64,000 nt of DNA. Origin: an uncultured Planctomycetota bacterium (GTDB taxonomy: Bacteria; Planctomycetota; Planctomycetia; Isosphaerales; Isosphaeraceae). The notes beneath the pieces were generated by a model. The model was given only the letters and a program-made list of their open reading frames with translations. It searched no databases and was not told the DNA's origin. Positions 45,613 to 56,028 of the stretch are shown here, piece after piece. Both the position numbers and the translations under genes were made by a program. Location of the stretch: NCBI GenBank assembly GCA_963823665.1, contig CAWGMQ010000003.1:864001-928000 (forward strand). The letters are read 5' to 3'. Every line of letters begins with the position of its first letter. Position 1 is the first letter of the stretch.

Positions 45613-48600
45613 GCTTTGCGCAACATACGCCGCGAGAAATCACCGCTCCTAAGATCCGCAGTATTCAACAGCCCCGCGCCACCCTGCCGGACCGGTTCTG
45701 CACCGCCCGCTTTTGACGCGGTCGGTTCGGGCGTCGCCTCGCCCTTCAGGAGCGCATCGACGCCCCTCCAGAGCGCCTCCCATGCCCGCCGCTCGCCTTC
45801 GGGGAGTTTCTCGATGGGTTCCCGGTCGCGGACGCCGTCTAAGTCGGAGTCGGCCTGCCAGTGCTGGAGCTTCTGCCGGACGACCGAGCGGGCCTGCACG
45901 TCGCCCGCATTGAGCACTTTGGCCCATGCGGCGAGCTCAGCCTTGAGCCAATCGAGGGCCTGGCCCCGCAGCCTGGTCCGGGCGGCGGCGTCGGGCTTCG
46001 GGTCGTCCGTGCCCTGGCCGGAGCCGGCCAGGGCGGCGGCGCAAGCCGCGTTGTAGCGGTGCCCGGCCTGGCGGTCGTCGCCGAGCTTCGGCTCGGCCTG
46101 GAGCGCCTCAGCCCAGAACCGGGCGGCGGACGCATGGCGCTTCGTGTCGTAGCATATCTGGGCCAGCGCCAGGCGCTCGGCGATGTCCTTGGGGCGGTCA
46201 TCGCCCTTGAGCAAGGCCGGCAGCCGCGCTGCCAAGGCTGCCATCCGCTCGGCCTCGGCGACCCAGGCGGCCGACGGGTAGCGCCAGCCGGCCCGCTTCG
46301 ACCCGAGCTCGTGCCCCAAGCGGAACTCGGCTAGCGACTCGGCGTACTGTCCGAGCTTCCGCAAAGCGGCGCCCAGGTTGCAGTGGGCCTCGGCGGCGTC
46401 GGGCTGCAGCCGCAGCGCCTCGCGGCTCGCCGCGACCGCGCCGGGGAGGTCGCCCGAGGTGCGCAGGACTCCGCTGAGGTTCCAGTAGGCTCCGGCGAGG
46501 TCGGGCTTGAGGCGGATTGCCTCGCGGAAGGCCGCGATGGCCTCGGACCACTTCCCCTGGCCGCTCAGGGCGTTGCCGAGGTTGGCGTGGGACATTGCCT
46601 TGTGGGGCTGGAGCCGGATCGCCTCGCGGAATTCGGCTTCCGCCCCCGCGTAGTCGTGCTTCAAGTCCGACAGGATCCTGCCCAGGCCATTATGGGCATC
46701 GGCGCCGTGGGGCTGGAGCCGGATCGCCTCGCGGAATTCGGCTTCCGCCCCCGCGTAGTCGTGCTTCAAGTCCCACAGGATCATGCCCAGGCTATTATGG
46801 GCATTGGCGCCGTCGGGCCGGAGCCGGATCGCCTCGCGGTAGGCGGCGATGGCCTCTGACACCTTCCCCTGGCGGCTCAGGGCGTTTCCGAGGTTGTGGT
46901 GGGCCGTGGCGTCGTCGGGCCGGAGCCGGATCGCCGCGCGCAACTCCGCTTCCGCCCCCGAGTAGTCCTGCTTCACCTCGTGCAGGCCGAGACCGATGGT
47001 GTTGTGGGCCGTGAAATCGTCACGGTGAAGCCGGATGGCCTCGCGAGCGGCGGCGACGGCCCGCTCGAAGATCGTTGCCGCTTCCGCGGCCCGGCCGTCG
47101 TTCTTCGCGTGGACTGCCAGGCACGTGAGATGGCGCGCGTTCTCCGGTCGCCGGTCCGTGAGGTCGCGGAAGACCGCCTCGGCCTCGGTGCCGCGGCCCA
47201 TCCGCTCGAGTAAATGGGCCAATTCATGGGCCGTTTCGGGTCGAAGGGCGCGGGCCGCCGTGAAGTAACGCACCGCCTCCTCGAGGTCCGTCGAGCCCTG
47301 CCGCTCCAGGGCCCAGGCCAGGTTGGAGTTGACCCAGACGTCGCCGGGATGGCGGACGGCGGCCGGCCGGAGCAGGGCCACGGCCGCCTCCGCCTCGCCC
47401 GAGTCAGCCAGAGCCCGGCCCAGCAGGACAGCGGTGGGAGCCGGGAGGTCGGCCGCTTCGGGAGCAGCAGACAGTACCTTGAGCGCGCCCGCCTCGCGCC
47501 GGCGGTCCTCGGCCATAAGAGCCTTGCGAAGCTGATCGCGATACGGGTCGGGGTCGGCCAGCCGCGCTGCCTCAAGCGGCTTCCGCCAGACGGCGACGGA
47601 GCGCCCGGCCGTGCGCCGCACGGCCGACCAGTCGTCCAGGAAGGCCGACAGCTCGATTGCTACCGCCTCGCGCCGCCGCGAGAGCCGCCGGGCCAGCTCG
47701 GCTGGCTCCAGCGCGTCGAGGTCCATGTCCGCGGCATGGAATGCGGTCGGGTAGGCGTCGTCGGTGCCGTCGGCGCCGACGTCCTCCTGATTGGCCCGGA
47801 CCTCGACGAGCGCCTGCCTCAGCCGGGCGTCGCGCTCGGCCTCTTCCAGGCCGGCCCGGATCTCGTTTCGCAGGGCATCGACCTGGTCGTCCGCCCCTTG
47901 ACCCTCGGCCCGCTCCAGCGCCGCCAGGGCCTCACGCCAGGAGGCGGGGTCGTCGACGTCGCGGCGTGCCTTATCGCGCAGCGCCTTCGTTTCGGCCAGC
48001 ACCTGCGCGAACTGCGCGGCCTGTTGTTGGCGCTGCTGGAGCCAGTATGTAAAGGTGAGGCCGCCCGCGGCGGTCAGGACCAGCAGCGACGCCGCCAGCC
48101 CCACCTGGAATTGCCGGGCGCGGCGTTCAGCCTTGGCACGCACGATCGCCTCCTCGGCGCGAGCCGACTCGGCGGCGTGGGCGATCTCGGCGGCACGGAG
48201 CCGGTCCTGCACTCCCGAGAGATAGGCGGTGACCCGTTCGGCCACGACGGCGGCCTGACGCGGGCGGTCTTCAGGCTCGCGCGCAGACAGTCCGCTGCGA
48301 GTGCGATCAGCTCACCATCGGCGCCGCAGGCGCCCAGTCGAGCGAGAGCAAAGGCGGTGTCGCCGTTGCCCGCCTTGCGGATGACCTCGCTCGACGAGCG
48401 GCCGAGGAAGGCCGGCTCGCCGCTCAAGATCTCGCACAGGATCGAACCCAGCGCGAACACGTCGGCACGCTCGTCGACTCGGTCGATCTCGCCACGCGCT
48501 TGCTCGGGCGCCATGTAGGCCGGCGTGCCCATCACCGAGCCGGCGTGGGACAGGCCGGGTGAGTCGGACCCGCTGCGGGCGGTGGCGATCAGCGTCTCTG

Positions 48601-49390
48601 GGGGTTCGGGTCTCCCGGCCTTCTCATCGTCCGCCACACCGCCGCGCGGCAGGACCTTGGCCAGGCCCCAGTCCATCACCTGTACCTCGCCGAACGAGCC
48701 CACCATTACGTTCGACGGCTTCAAATCGCGGTGGATGACTCCGCGGGCGTGCGCGAAGGCGACAGTCTGCGCCATCGCCTCGAAGATCGACAGGAATCTG
48801 GGCTGGTCGGCGGCGGAATCCTTGCGGTCCCTGAGCAACTGGGCCAGGGTATGCCCCTTGACCAGCTTCATGGCGAAGAAGGGCCGGCGATCCGCGAACG
48901 TGCCTAGCTCGTAGATCGGCACGACGCCCGGGTGCTGGAGCTGGCCGCCGATCTGAGCCTCCTCGACGAAGCGCCGGACCATGTCGGCATTGTCGCGGAG
49001 GTCGTCGCGGAGGACCTTGAGGGCGACGTCGCGGCCCAGGTCGGGGTCGCGGCCTTTGAGGACGGCCCCCATGCCTCCTCGGGCGATCTCGCCGTCGATG
49101 CGATAGCGGATCGAGCGGTCGTCATCGTCGTGGCCGGGGGCCTTGACGATGGGCCCAGGCTCCTCGCCGGGGGCCGTGTCGCGGAGCAGCACGCTGGTGA
49201 CGGGGCCGATGCTCCGCGCGATGGTGGCGAGAACGCTCGCTTCGGCGGGCTCGAAGGCATTGGTCGCGGCGGACCCGCCCGTCGAGGTCCGGGGGAGCGC
49301 GGCCCCCATCAGGCACTCCGGGCACAGCCCTCGCGGGGCGTCACCGGGCAACGTTGAGCCGCAATCCGGGCAGGTGCGTTCCGGGCTCAT
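45600..49390 (-). CDS. Ser/Thr protein kinase with TM segment and long TPR array (frameshift near 48270)
   Basis: N-terminal CPDCG..CPECL, EIARGGMGAV, HRDLKPSN, DWGLAK, GTPAYMAPEQ and many TPRs. Confidence 0.92.
46602..46812. repeat. 105-bp in-frame tandem duplication (one 35-aa TPR unit)
   Basis: LKHDYAGAEAEFREAIRLQPH occurs twice with near-identical DNA. Confidence 0.85.
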
Positions 49391-49435
49391 ACTGAAGTCC
49401 TCCCCATGCTCGTGATGACGGTCCAGCCTCGGCCC

Positions 49436-49642
49436 CTACCCCTCAGAACGGGAAATCGCGCTGAAGGTCACACAGATCCGCGCTATTTTATCGAGCGAGC
49501 GCGGCGAACAGCGCCCGGATTTCTTCCTCGACATCGGTGGGGTCGTCCACGGTGTGGGCGATCTCCTCGCGGAGGATCTCGCCGTAGCGCTTTCTCACGC
49601 GCAAGGCCGCCATCTTGACGGATCCTTCGGTCATTCCAGCTC
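49436..49642 (-). pseudogene. Diverged duplicate of the sigma factor 3' end plus downstream sequence
   Basis: Encodes MTEGSVKMAALRVRKRYGEILREEIAHTVDDPTDVEEEIRALFAALAR* and aligns with 50377-50584. Confidence 0.85.
49445..49472 (-). promoter_or_regulatory. Candidate ECF promoter TGTGAC-N16-CGTTCT upstream of the kinase
   Basis: Both boxes are conserved in the second copy (50386-50413) while the spacer diverges. Confidence 0.5.
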
Positions 49643-50255
49643 AGGCCGAACCGGTGCCGTTCGGGCCGGTGGGCGTGGCGCCCGGCTCTTCGGCCGGCGC
49701 GGGCAGCGGCAGGATCTCACGCAGGGGGCAGCGGAAGCCGGGGATGACATCCTCGCCGGAGAGCACATCGTCCTCCCTCAGCTCGCCGGCCGGGCCGTCC
49801 TGGCGGAAGATCTTCACCTTGCGTAACTCGGGATAGATCACCCAGATCAGCGGCACGCCGGCCGTTCGGTAGTCGTCCAGCTTTTCCTCGAGATCCTCGG
49901 CGGAGTCGTTGGGCGAAACGACTTCGACGGCCAGATCTGGACGGATCTTGACCCAGCCTTTGGGCGCGGCGTCTCCCGGCAATCGGCCCTTCTTGACGAA
50001 CGAGACATCGGGTCTGCGGACCAGGCCGGGTGCGTGGGCGAAGCACTGGTAGCCGTTGTCGGCCGGCCACACGATGCCGAAGTTGTTGTCCTCGCAGAAC
50101 CGATCGAGCCGAGAAGCGAGGCGCATACCAACCAAACTGGATTCGGCGCCCATCTTTCGCTCCACCAATCGGCCGTTGACCAACTCAAACCGCTTGCCAT
50201 CTGGCATGGCGAGAAGGTCTTCCGGCGTGTAGCGGGTGGCGGTGGCCGTGCTCAT
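49641..50255 (-). CDS. Uma2-family (DUF820) putative endonuclease
   Basis: FELVNGRLVE, RRPDVSFV, PDLAVEVVSP, K..DY..AGV.LIWVI.P, LSGEDVIPGF. Confidence 0.92.
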   Translation of the reverse strand: MSTATATRYTPEDLLAMPDGKRFELVNGRLVERKMGAESSLVGMRLASRLDRFCEDNNFGIVWPADNGYQCFAHAPGLVRRPDVSFVKKGRLPGDAAPKGWVKIRPDLAVEVVSPNDSAEDLEEKLDDYRTAGVPLIWVIYPELRKVKIFRQDGPAGELREDDVLSGEDVIPGFRCPLREILPLPAPAEEPGATPTGPNGTGSA

Positions 50256-50385
50256 GACCTGTGCCTCGTCGTTGACAGAAGATATCCGTCGATCGGTTCG
50301 ATTGTATCACAGTCTCGGCCGTGACGCTTAAGGGCTTGCGGCCTGCCGGTGGCATCGGTGCATGAGGGGAACCAGGCTACCCATT

Positions 50386-50413
50386 AGAACGGGAAATCCG
50401 GCCGAAGGTCACA
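50386..50413 (-). promoter_or_regulatory. Candidate ECF promoter TGTGAC-N16-CGTTCT upstream of Uma2
   Basis: Second copy of the motif, immediately after the sigma stop codon. Confidence 0.5.
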
Positions 50414-50428
50414 CAGATCCGCGCCATT

Positions 50429-51169
50429 TTATCGAGCCAGAGCGGCGAACAGCGCCCGGATCTCTTCTTCGACGTCGGCGGGGTTGGCCAGAGTGCGGGC
50501 GATCTCTTCGCGGAGGATCTCGCCATAGCGCTTTCGCAGGCGCGAGGCCGCCATCTTGACGGATCCTTCGGTCATTCCCAGCTCGGCGGCGATGGCCGCG
50601 ATGGGGACCTCGCCCCGCCCGCCTGTCAACGTCGGGAGCAGGCAGGCAACCAGGGCGGCCTTCCCCGCCGCGATCGATTCTGCCTCGAGCCTCGCCACGG
50701 CGTGGTCCAGCAGACTGGTGGCCCAGCGGCGCTCGAACAGCCGCTCGGGCGTCAGCTCATTGACCGGCTCGGCCGAATAACGGCCTTCCGCAAGCGTGCG
50801 ATCGATCGAGACCGGCATGGCGCCGCCGCCCCGTTTGGCGGCCCGGTCACGGTCGCGGCAATCGGCCAGATGGTGGGAACAGACGGCCATCAGGAACGAG
50901 CGGAATCGGCCGCGCTCGGGCGCGACTGCGGCGAAGCCGTCGCGGTCCAGGAGGGTGAGGAACGTGCCCTGGACGAGGTCGGCGGCCTCTTCGGGTGGAT
51001 ATCCCTTGCGACGGACGAACGCGTAGAGGGGATACCAGTAGGCGGAGCACAGCTCGGTCAGGGCATCGCGGGCCGCGGAGCCGGCGCGATCGCCCGCGGC
51101 GACGACCTGGCTCCATCGCGTCGTCGGGAACGGGGCATGTGATGACGATTCGGGACGCGATGCGGGCAC
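50429..51169 (-). CDS. ECF sigma factor, kinase-associated planctomycete type
   Basis: FPTTRWS, LCSAYWYPLY, RGRFRSFL, KRGGG, ELGMTEGSVKMA. Confidence 0.92.
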   Translation of the reverse strand: MPASRPESSSHAPFPTTRWSQVVAAGDRAGSAARDALTELCSAYWYPLYAFVRRKGYPPEEAADLVQGTFLTLLDRDGFAAVAPERGRFRSFLMAVCSHHLADCRDRDRAAKRGGGAMPVSIDRTLAEGRYSAEPVNELTPERLFERRWATSLLDHAVARLEAESIAAGKAALVACLLPTLTGGRGEVPIAAIAAELGMTEGSVKMAASRLRKRYGEILREEIARTLANPADVEEEIRALFAALAR

Positions 51170-51380
51170 GGTTGACCTAGCCGCCAGCTCGGGAGCGAGC
51201 GTGGACGAGCACGTTCAGCCGATCCACGCGTCTGCATATTCTACAGCCTGTCGGCCCGGCGCCGCAACCCGCCAAGGCGAGATCACGTCTCGGGTGGCCC
51301 GGCGACCGGAAGCCCTTGGCGCTCGCTTCCGGCTGCTGGCCCGGCCCTGCCGGAAGGGATTGGTTACCCGGAGGGTTCCA

Positions 51381-51614
51381 ATGAAAGGTTTCACATTTGA
51401 AGTCATCCTTCTTTTCCGAGCTTCTTGGCGCAATTCCTGGCTTCCCTTGGTCGAGAGCAGGATCGGGCCACGAGCGAACTACCTTGTCAGTCGGACGGTG
51501 CGCATGGGCGTTCGTGATCGACGTGTGTCGGCTTGCTTCGGGGACTTCGACGATGGCGGCAGCGACCGAGTTTTGATCGATGTTGCGATTCTCAGAGATC
51601 AAGGGGCAGATTAG
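51381..51614 (+). CDS. Small hypothetical protein
   Basis: ATG at 51381, co-oriented with the next small ORF. No family recognised. Confidence 0.4.
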   Translation: MKGFTFEVILLFRASWRNSWLPLVESRIGPRANYLVSRTVRMGVRDRRVSACFGDFDDGGSDRVLIDVAILRDQGAD

Positions 51615-51644
51615 AATTGCGAAAGTCTCTACACGGAGGGCGTT

Positions 51645-51878
51645 ATGATCCAGAGAGCACTTTCTCCTTCGGCTCTGGCCCTGTTCAAGCGGCATATCGA
51701 GCTTGGCCGCACAGTTGACTTAGAAGTGAACAGGCCCCTATATGAGGAACTTGCCCGTGCCGGACTGATGGCGTCAGGCAACAGCTTTGCTGGGGGCCTG
51801 AACAGCATGTACAGCGTCACGAAGGCAGGCTTTGAGCGGAAAGCTGAACTCCTCGGTTGCGCGAAAGAAAGCGCGTGA
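51645..51878 (+). CDS. Small hypothetical protein (winged-helix-like)
   Basis: GGAGG RBS upstream; YEELARAGLM...YSVTKAG. Confidence 0.55.
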   Translation: MIQRALSPSALALFKRHIELGRTVDLEVNRPLYEELARAGLMASGNSFAGGLNSMYSVTKAGFERKAELLGCAKESA

Positions 51879-52190
51879 TAGGATTCCGAGGGATCCGGTC
51901 CCGCAGGCGCATACCGGGCCAGATCCGACCTCCCTTCTTGCCTTTCAAAAGGTCGGGGTTCAGCACGCCAGAGTCGGCTACCACGCCAGTAGTGTTGCGC
52001 GACCGCCCTCTCCGTCCCGCCAGTCGAAAGACCGCCATTCTCCGTCTCGGCCATAGTCCGGCTGCCCGTTCATGTTGTCGGGGATGCCGAGTTCCTGCAT
52101 GCGGACCGTGCAGTGCTCTTCGAGCTTGTCCGCCCAGGTTTGAGCGAATTGCCGTGCGTGATCTGCCGGGTCGGTCGGCGGCTTCTCCAT
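51875..52190 (-). pseudogene. Truncated/frameshifted hypothetical protein
   Basis: MEKPPTDPADHARQFA...GIP.., continued in another frame by GVVADSGVLNPDLL..RLRDRI, then lost. Confidence 0.4.
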
Positions 52191-52359
52191 GTTCAAGGCA
52201 TATCATACTTTCCGAACCGCCACAAACAACAACGCCGCCCGGCGGATTTCCCCAGCGAGCGGCCAACAGGACGATGTTTGATCTCGCTGCCATCGCGGAA
52301 GGCAAGTCGGCCAACGGCGGACCGTCATCGACTTCTGAGCGTTGCGCAGGAAGATCAAA

Positions 52360-53652
52360 TCAATGACCAGATTTCTGGGCGACGACATCGATGCGTCCAT
52401 CATTCGTGATCGCAGAATACACGTCCGGCCGCGACAGGCCGTACCAGGGATCATCCAACGGACTGAGGAACAACTCGGAATAAACTCGACTGACCACGGT
52501 ATCGCGTTCCGGCGAAGCCGGCTCCGTCGCAAACCAGTTGTGAATCCGAACATGGAGGTAGTACTCATTTCGGACGGAATCTTCGTTGATGATGCGGCTG
52601 ACATTCCGGATCAGCACCATCGCCGGCATCTCGGTGAGCGCCTTCGACGGCGCCCTTCTGCCGGCGACTTCCGCGAGGGGCGGCCCGCGCTTCACGACCG
52701 CTTGAGTCGCCGGAACGTCCAATACGGGATGCATCGCCCCGCGCAGCGCGATCCTGGTCCATACCTCCGGCTGGTGATCAACGCCGATCGCAAGCGAGGC
52801 GTCGAGTTTGGCCGCGCGACAATGATCGGCCCAGGTTCGCTGGACGTCCTTCAAGCGGTCTTCATGAAACGTCGCGCGCCCTAGGAGAAACATGTCGCCA
52901 TTCAGTCCTGCGAGTCTGACGGCCGCATCGCCGGATTGCTGCAATTCCCGAACAAAGGCTTCCGCCGTATGAAGGCCAGGCAAGACGTCGATCGTCCGGC
53001 CCTGGTCGTCCAGCACCAGATGCAGGCTGTTGCCGGTGATGGTGCGCCGGATCTGGCGACCGTCCCCGAAATCGATGGTGATGATCGGCACCGCGCGCAC
53101 TGATTGCCAGTGCAGAACGAACCGACTCGCCAGCAGGCTGCGCACGCCGGCGCTCGGATACAACGTGGTACGGAAGAACCGGCTGTTCGCGCAGCTCAGC
53201 TCGTCCGTCAGTTTTCCCAGCAGCCGGAGCGAGAGGACTGCTTTCTTCTCGCGTTTCGCTACCGCCAGGGCTTCTTCGATATCGGTGTGCCAGTAAAGTC
53301 CGCTGAATTCAGCATCCTTCTGCTGCGCCACCGAGTCCAGAACGGCGGACCAGCGCGGCGACTTGCGCAGTTCCGGCTGGCTCATGAGAAACTCGACCGA
53401 TTGCGGCCCGTGCCGGCGCAGCGCCTGAATCGCCGGTTCACTGGCGGCCGCATCGCCCTGAAGCGCCAGAGTCGTCAGTCGGCCGAATTCGTCCGAATTG
53501 AAATTCGATCTGGCCGGGACGGGCGATTGGCTTGGGACCTCTTTTTCAAGCGCTTCGGCCCTGGCGTCGCCACTTCCCCAGGCCAATCCCCCCACGACAA
53601 CCGCGCTACCGGCGATCGCGATGCGCCACACTGCATTTCGAGGTCCGCTCAT
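52360..53652 (-). CDS. Exported protein with thioredoxin-like domain (intact copy)
   Basis: Signal-like N-terminus; LYWHTDIEEALAVAKREKK.VLSL..LG.L.DELSCANSRFFR...FVLHW. Confidence 0.75.
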   Translation of the reverse strand: MSGPRNAVWRIAIAGSAVVVGGLAWGSGDARAEALEKEVPSQSPVPARSNFNSDEFGRLTTLALQGDAAASEPAIQALRRHGPQSVEFLMSQPELRKSPRWSAVLDSVAQQKDAEFSGLYWHTDIEEALAVAKREKKAVLSLRLLGKLTDELSCANSRFFRTTLYPSAGVRSLLASRFVLHWQSVRAVPIITIDFGDGRQIRRTITGNSLHLVLDDQGRTIDVLPGLHTAEAFVRELQQSGDAAVRLAGLNGDMFLLGRATFHEDRLKDVQRTWADHCRAAKLDASLAIGVDHQPEVWTRIALRGAMHPVLDVPATQAVVKRGPPLAEVAGRRAPSKALTEMPAMVLIRNVSRIINEDSVRNEYYLHVRIHNWFATEPASPERDTVVSRVYSELFLSPLDDPWYGLSRPDVYSAITNDGRIDVVAQKSGH

Positions 53653-53745
53653 CTTGAGTCTCCTTCAGATGTCTGCTGGAATTGAAGAGCCACGCGGATG
53701 TGCTTCTGCACGGTGGTCATCTTACGGGAAAACTCGATGCTCAAA

Positions 53746-53762
53746 TGTAACGACGTTGTAAC
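53746..53762 (-). promoter_or_regulatory. GTTACA-N5-GTTACA direct repeat (OmpR/PhoB-type box candidate)
   Basis: 11-bp periodicity, about 95 bp upstream of the gene at 53652. Also present at 61498-61514. Confidence 0.4.
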
Positions 53763-54163
53763 AACTACGCTCATATTGATTCGTGCCGCGGTTTCCGAAG
53801 CCCGCAGCGCTTCTCGAGCGGCTTCTGGCTGATGTCGAAAGTCACCGCCCGCAAGCTTTGAAAGCGGTCTGCGTTGTTCAAGCACGGCTAGTTCCGCGTC
53901 GTCAAATTCGATGGCTTTTACTGCAAAATTCATCGGACCGTCGTCGGTCAGCTTGGTCGTCGAAGACTTGGTGCCGCTGCTCGCGCACCTATGGCATCAG
54001 GGGCGCGATACTAACTGCGTTCCGCTTGCCGTCCCTCCATATCGCGTGCTCTGGACCACGGACGCCCTCGAGCCGTGGAACCGCCTCCCGATTGTTTATG
54101 GTGTCCAGGGAAGAACTCAAATCGGCGATCTCGCGCATAATATGTGCTGGCATGGCACAAACT

Positions 54164-54873
54164 TCAATGGCCCTTCTGCGTTGCATCCGATCTGCTGTTC
54201 GCTGGCGCTCGGACTGGCCGAATCGCCGCTTCATTGAGACGCCATATCCGCGCCGTTGAATCGGTACTGGCAGATGCCAAGTGCTTGCCATCCGGCGAGA
54301 ATGCCAAGGAGGTGATTGGCAAGTAGGTTGCGTAGATCCGTTTGACGTCAGCGGGTGAGCCGGAATTCGAGAAAATTATACGTATTCCGCCGTCGTCACA
54401 ACCCCATGCTAATTTGCTCGCATCTGGGGAAAAAGAAACTGTGGTCACTTTAGACGCTTCAACAAATGAGTATCGTGGTGATTGAAGATTTGATGTTTCC
54501 CAGACTGTTGCATGACCGCCCCCGTTCGGCGTGTCCGTTGCGGCCGCCAGTTTTTTTCCGTCAGAGCTATAGGCGACCGAAGAGACGCGATCATCCGGGA
54601 AGGAGAGCTTGATTAGTTTCGGTGCTGAAGCACTCTGTAAATCCACAATCGATAGCGCGTTAATACTTCCGCACGCAAGCATCCGCCCATCAGGCGAGAA
54701 TGCCACTGAGTTTACCCAACCGCCGTCGACCCTGATCGCGCGAAGCTGGCGCACGGGCTTTGCCCTCCAGTCGATGATTCGAATCAGACCTTCCGAATCT
54801 CCGACTGCGAGGCTGTTCTGATCCGGTGCAAAAGCCACCGAGATCACGTTACCAGGAATCGGAAGAATATTGT
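54164..54873 (-). pseudogene. WD40-repeat protein, 3' part (interrupted by IS1380)
   Basis: SVAFAPD, SVAFSPDG, SVAYSSDG, SLAFSPDG..STARIW. Rejoins the 5' part in frame as DGILDNILPIPGNVISVAF once the IS is removed. Confidence 0.88.
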
Positions 54874-56028
54874 CTAGGCCCGAAACAAGCGTCGTTTTTT
54901 TATTAATTCGCCGTTTTTTGAGAAAAAGCTCGAAAACCTCCAGTGTTTTTGGAATAATGTAGGTGAAATCACATCCTCACTATTCCAAGACAAGGAGGCT
55001 TTCGAGTGAGTGCTACTTTCCGAAAAAAACGCGAGGCACGCAAGAAGCGAGTTTTCCAGGAACGACGGCGACGAATTAACAAGCGTCTTGGGAAGCCACC
55101 CGGTCCCGAGCGGCCTGTGCCCATGATGACCGCCAGCAACATCCAGTACGAACTGGCCGACCGCGTCCAAGGCCTCAGCGCCGGCGGCATCGGTGTCATG
55201 CTGCTGTTGGCGCGCCGGATAGGCTTGATCAGCGACATCGACGCCAAGCTTCAACTCCTCAAGATCCATCTTCCCTATCACGAATCCGACCACGTCTTGA
55301 ACATTGCCTTCAACATCCTCGCCGGCGGTCAACGGATCGAACACCTCGAACTGCGGCGCAACGATGAAGTCTATCTCAATGCTCTGGGAGCCGACCGAAT
55401 CCCCGACCCCACCACGGCGGGGGACTTCTGTCGTCGCTTTCGTGAGCCCGATGTCATAACCTTGATGGACACCATCAATCAATCCCGCCGACGGGTCTGG
55501 GCCCAGCAGCCACCCGAGTTCTTTGCGGAAGCAATTCTGGACGCCGATGGCACCATCGTTCCGAGCGACTCTGAGTGCAAGCAAGGGATGGACTTCGCCT
55601 ACAACGGCCAATACGGTTACCATCCGCTCTTGATCTCGCTGGCCAACACCGCCGAACCCCTGTTCCTGTTCAATCGCAGCGGCAACCGTCCCTCGCAGGA
55701 GCTGGCTGACGTCTACTTGGACAAGGCGGCCACGTTTTGCCGCCAGGCTGGTTTCCGCAAGATCCTGATGCGAGGCGACACCAAGTTCGCCCAGACCAAG
55801 CATCTGGATCGGTGGGACGATGCGGCCGACATCCGTTTCATCTTCGGGTACGAGTCACACGAGTCCCTCGAAGCGAGAGCCGATGAGCTCCCGGCCAACG
55901 CATACACCCTTCTGGAACGACCGCAACAGCACCAGATCAAAACGACTCCCCGCGAGAAGCTCGAGCGGGTCAAGCAAGAGATCGTCCGGGAGCGAGGATA
56001 CGAGACGGTTCACCTGCTTAAGGAAATG

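Larger units (their letters stand above)
52358..53768. repeat. 1.4-kb direct duplication, copy 1
   Basis: Near-identical to 60442-61520 apart from a 332-bp deletion in copy 2. Confidence 0.95.

Noticed and set aside
53770..54160. Possible HEAT-repeat or WD40 continuation
   Set aside because: Only short fragments in different frames, with no convincing motif.
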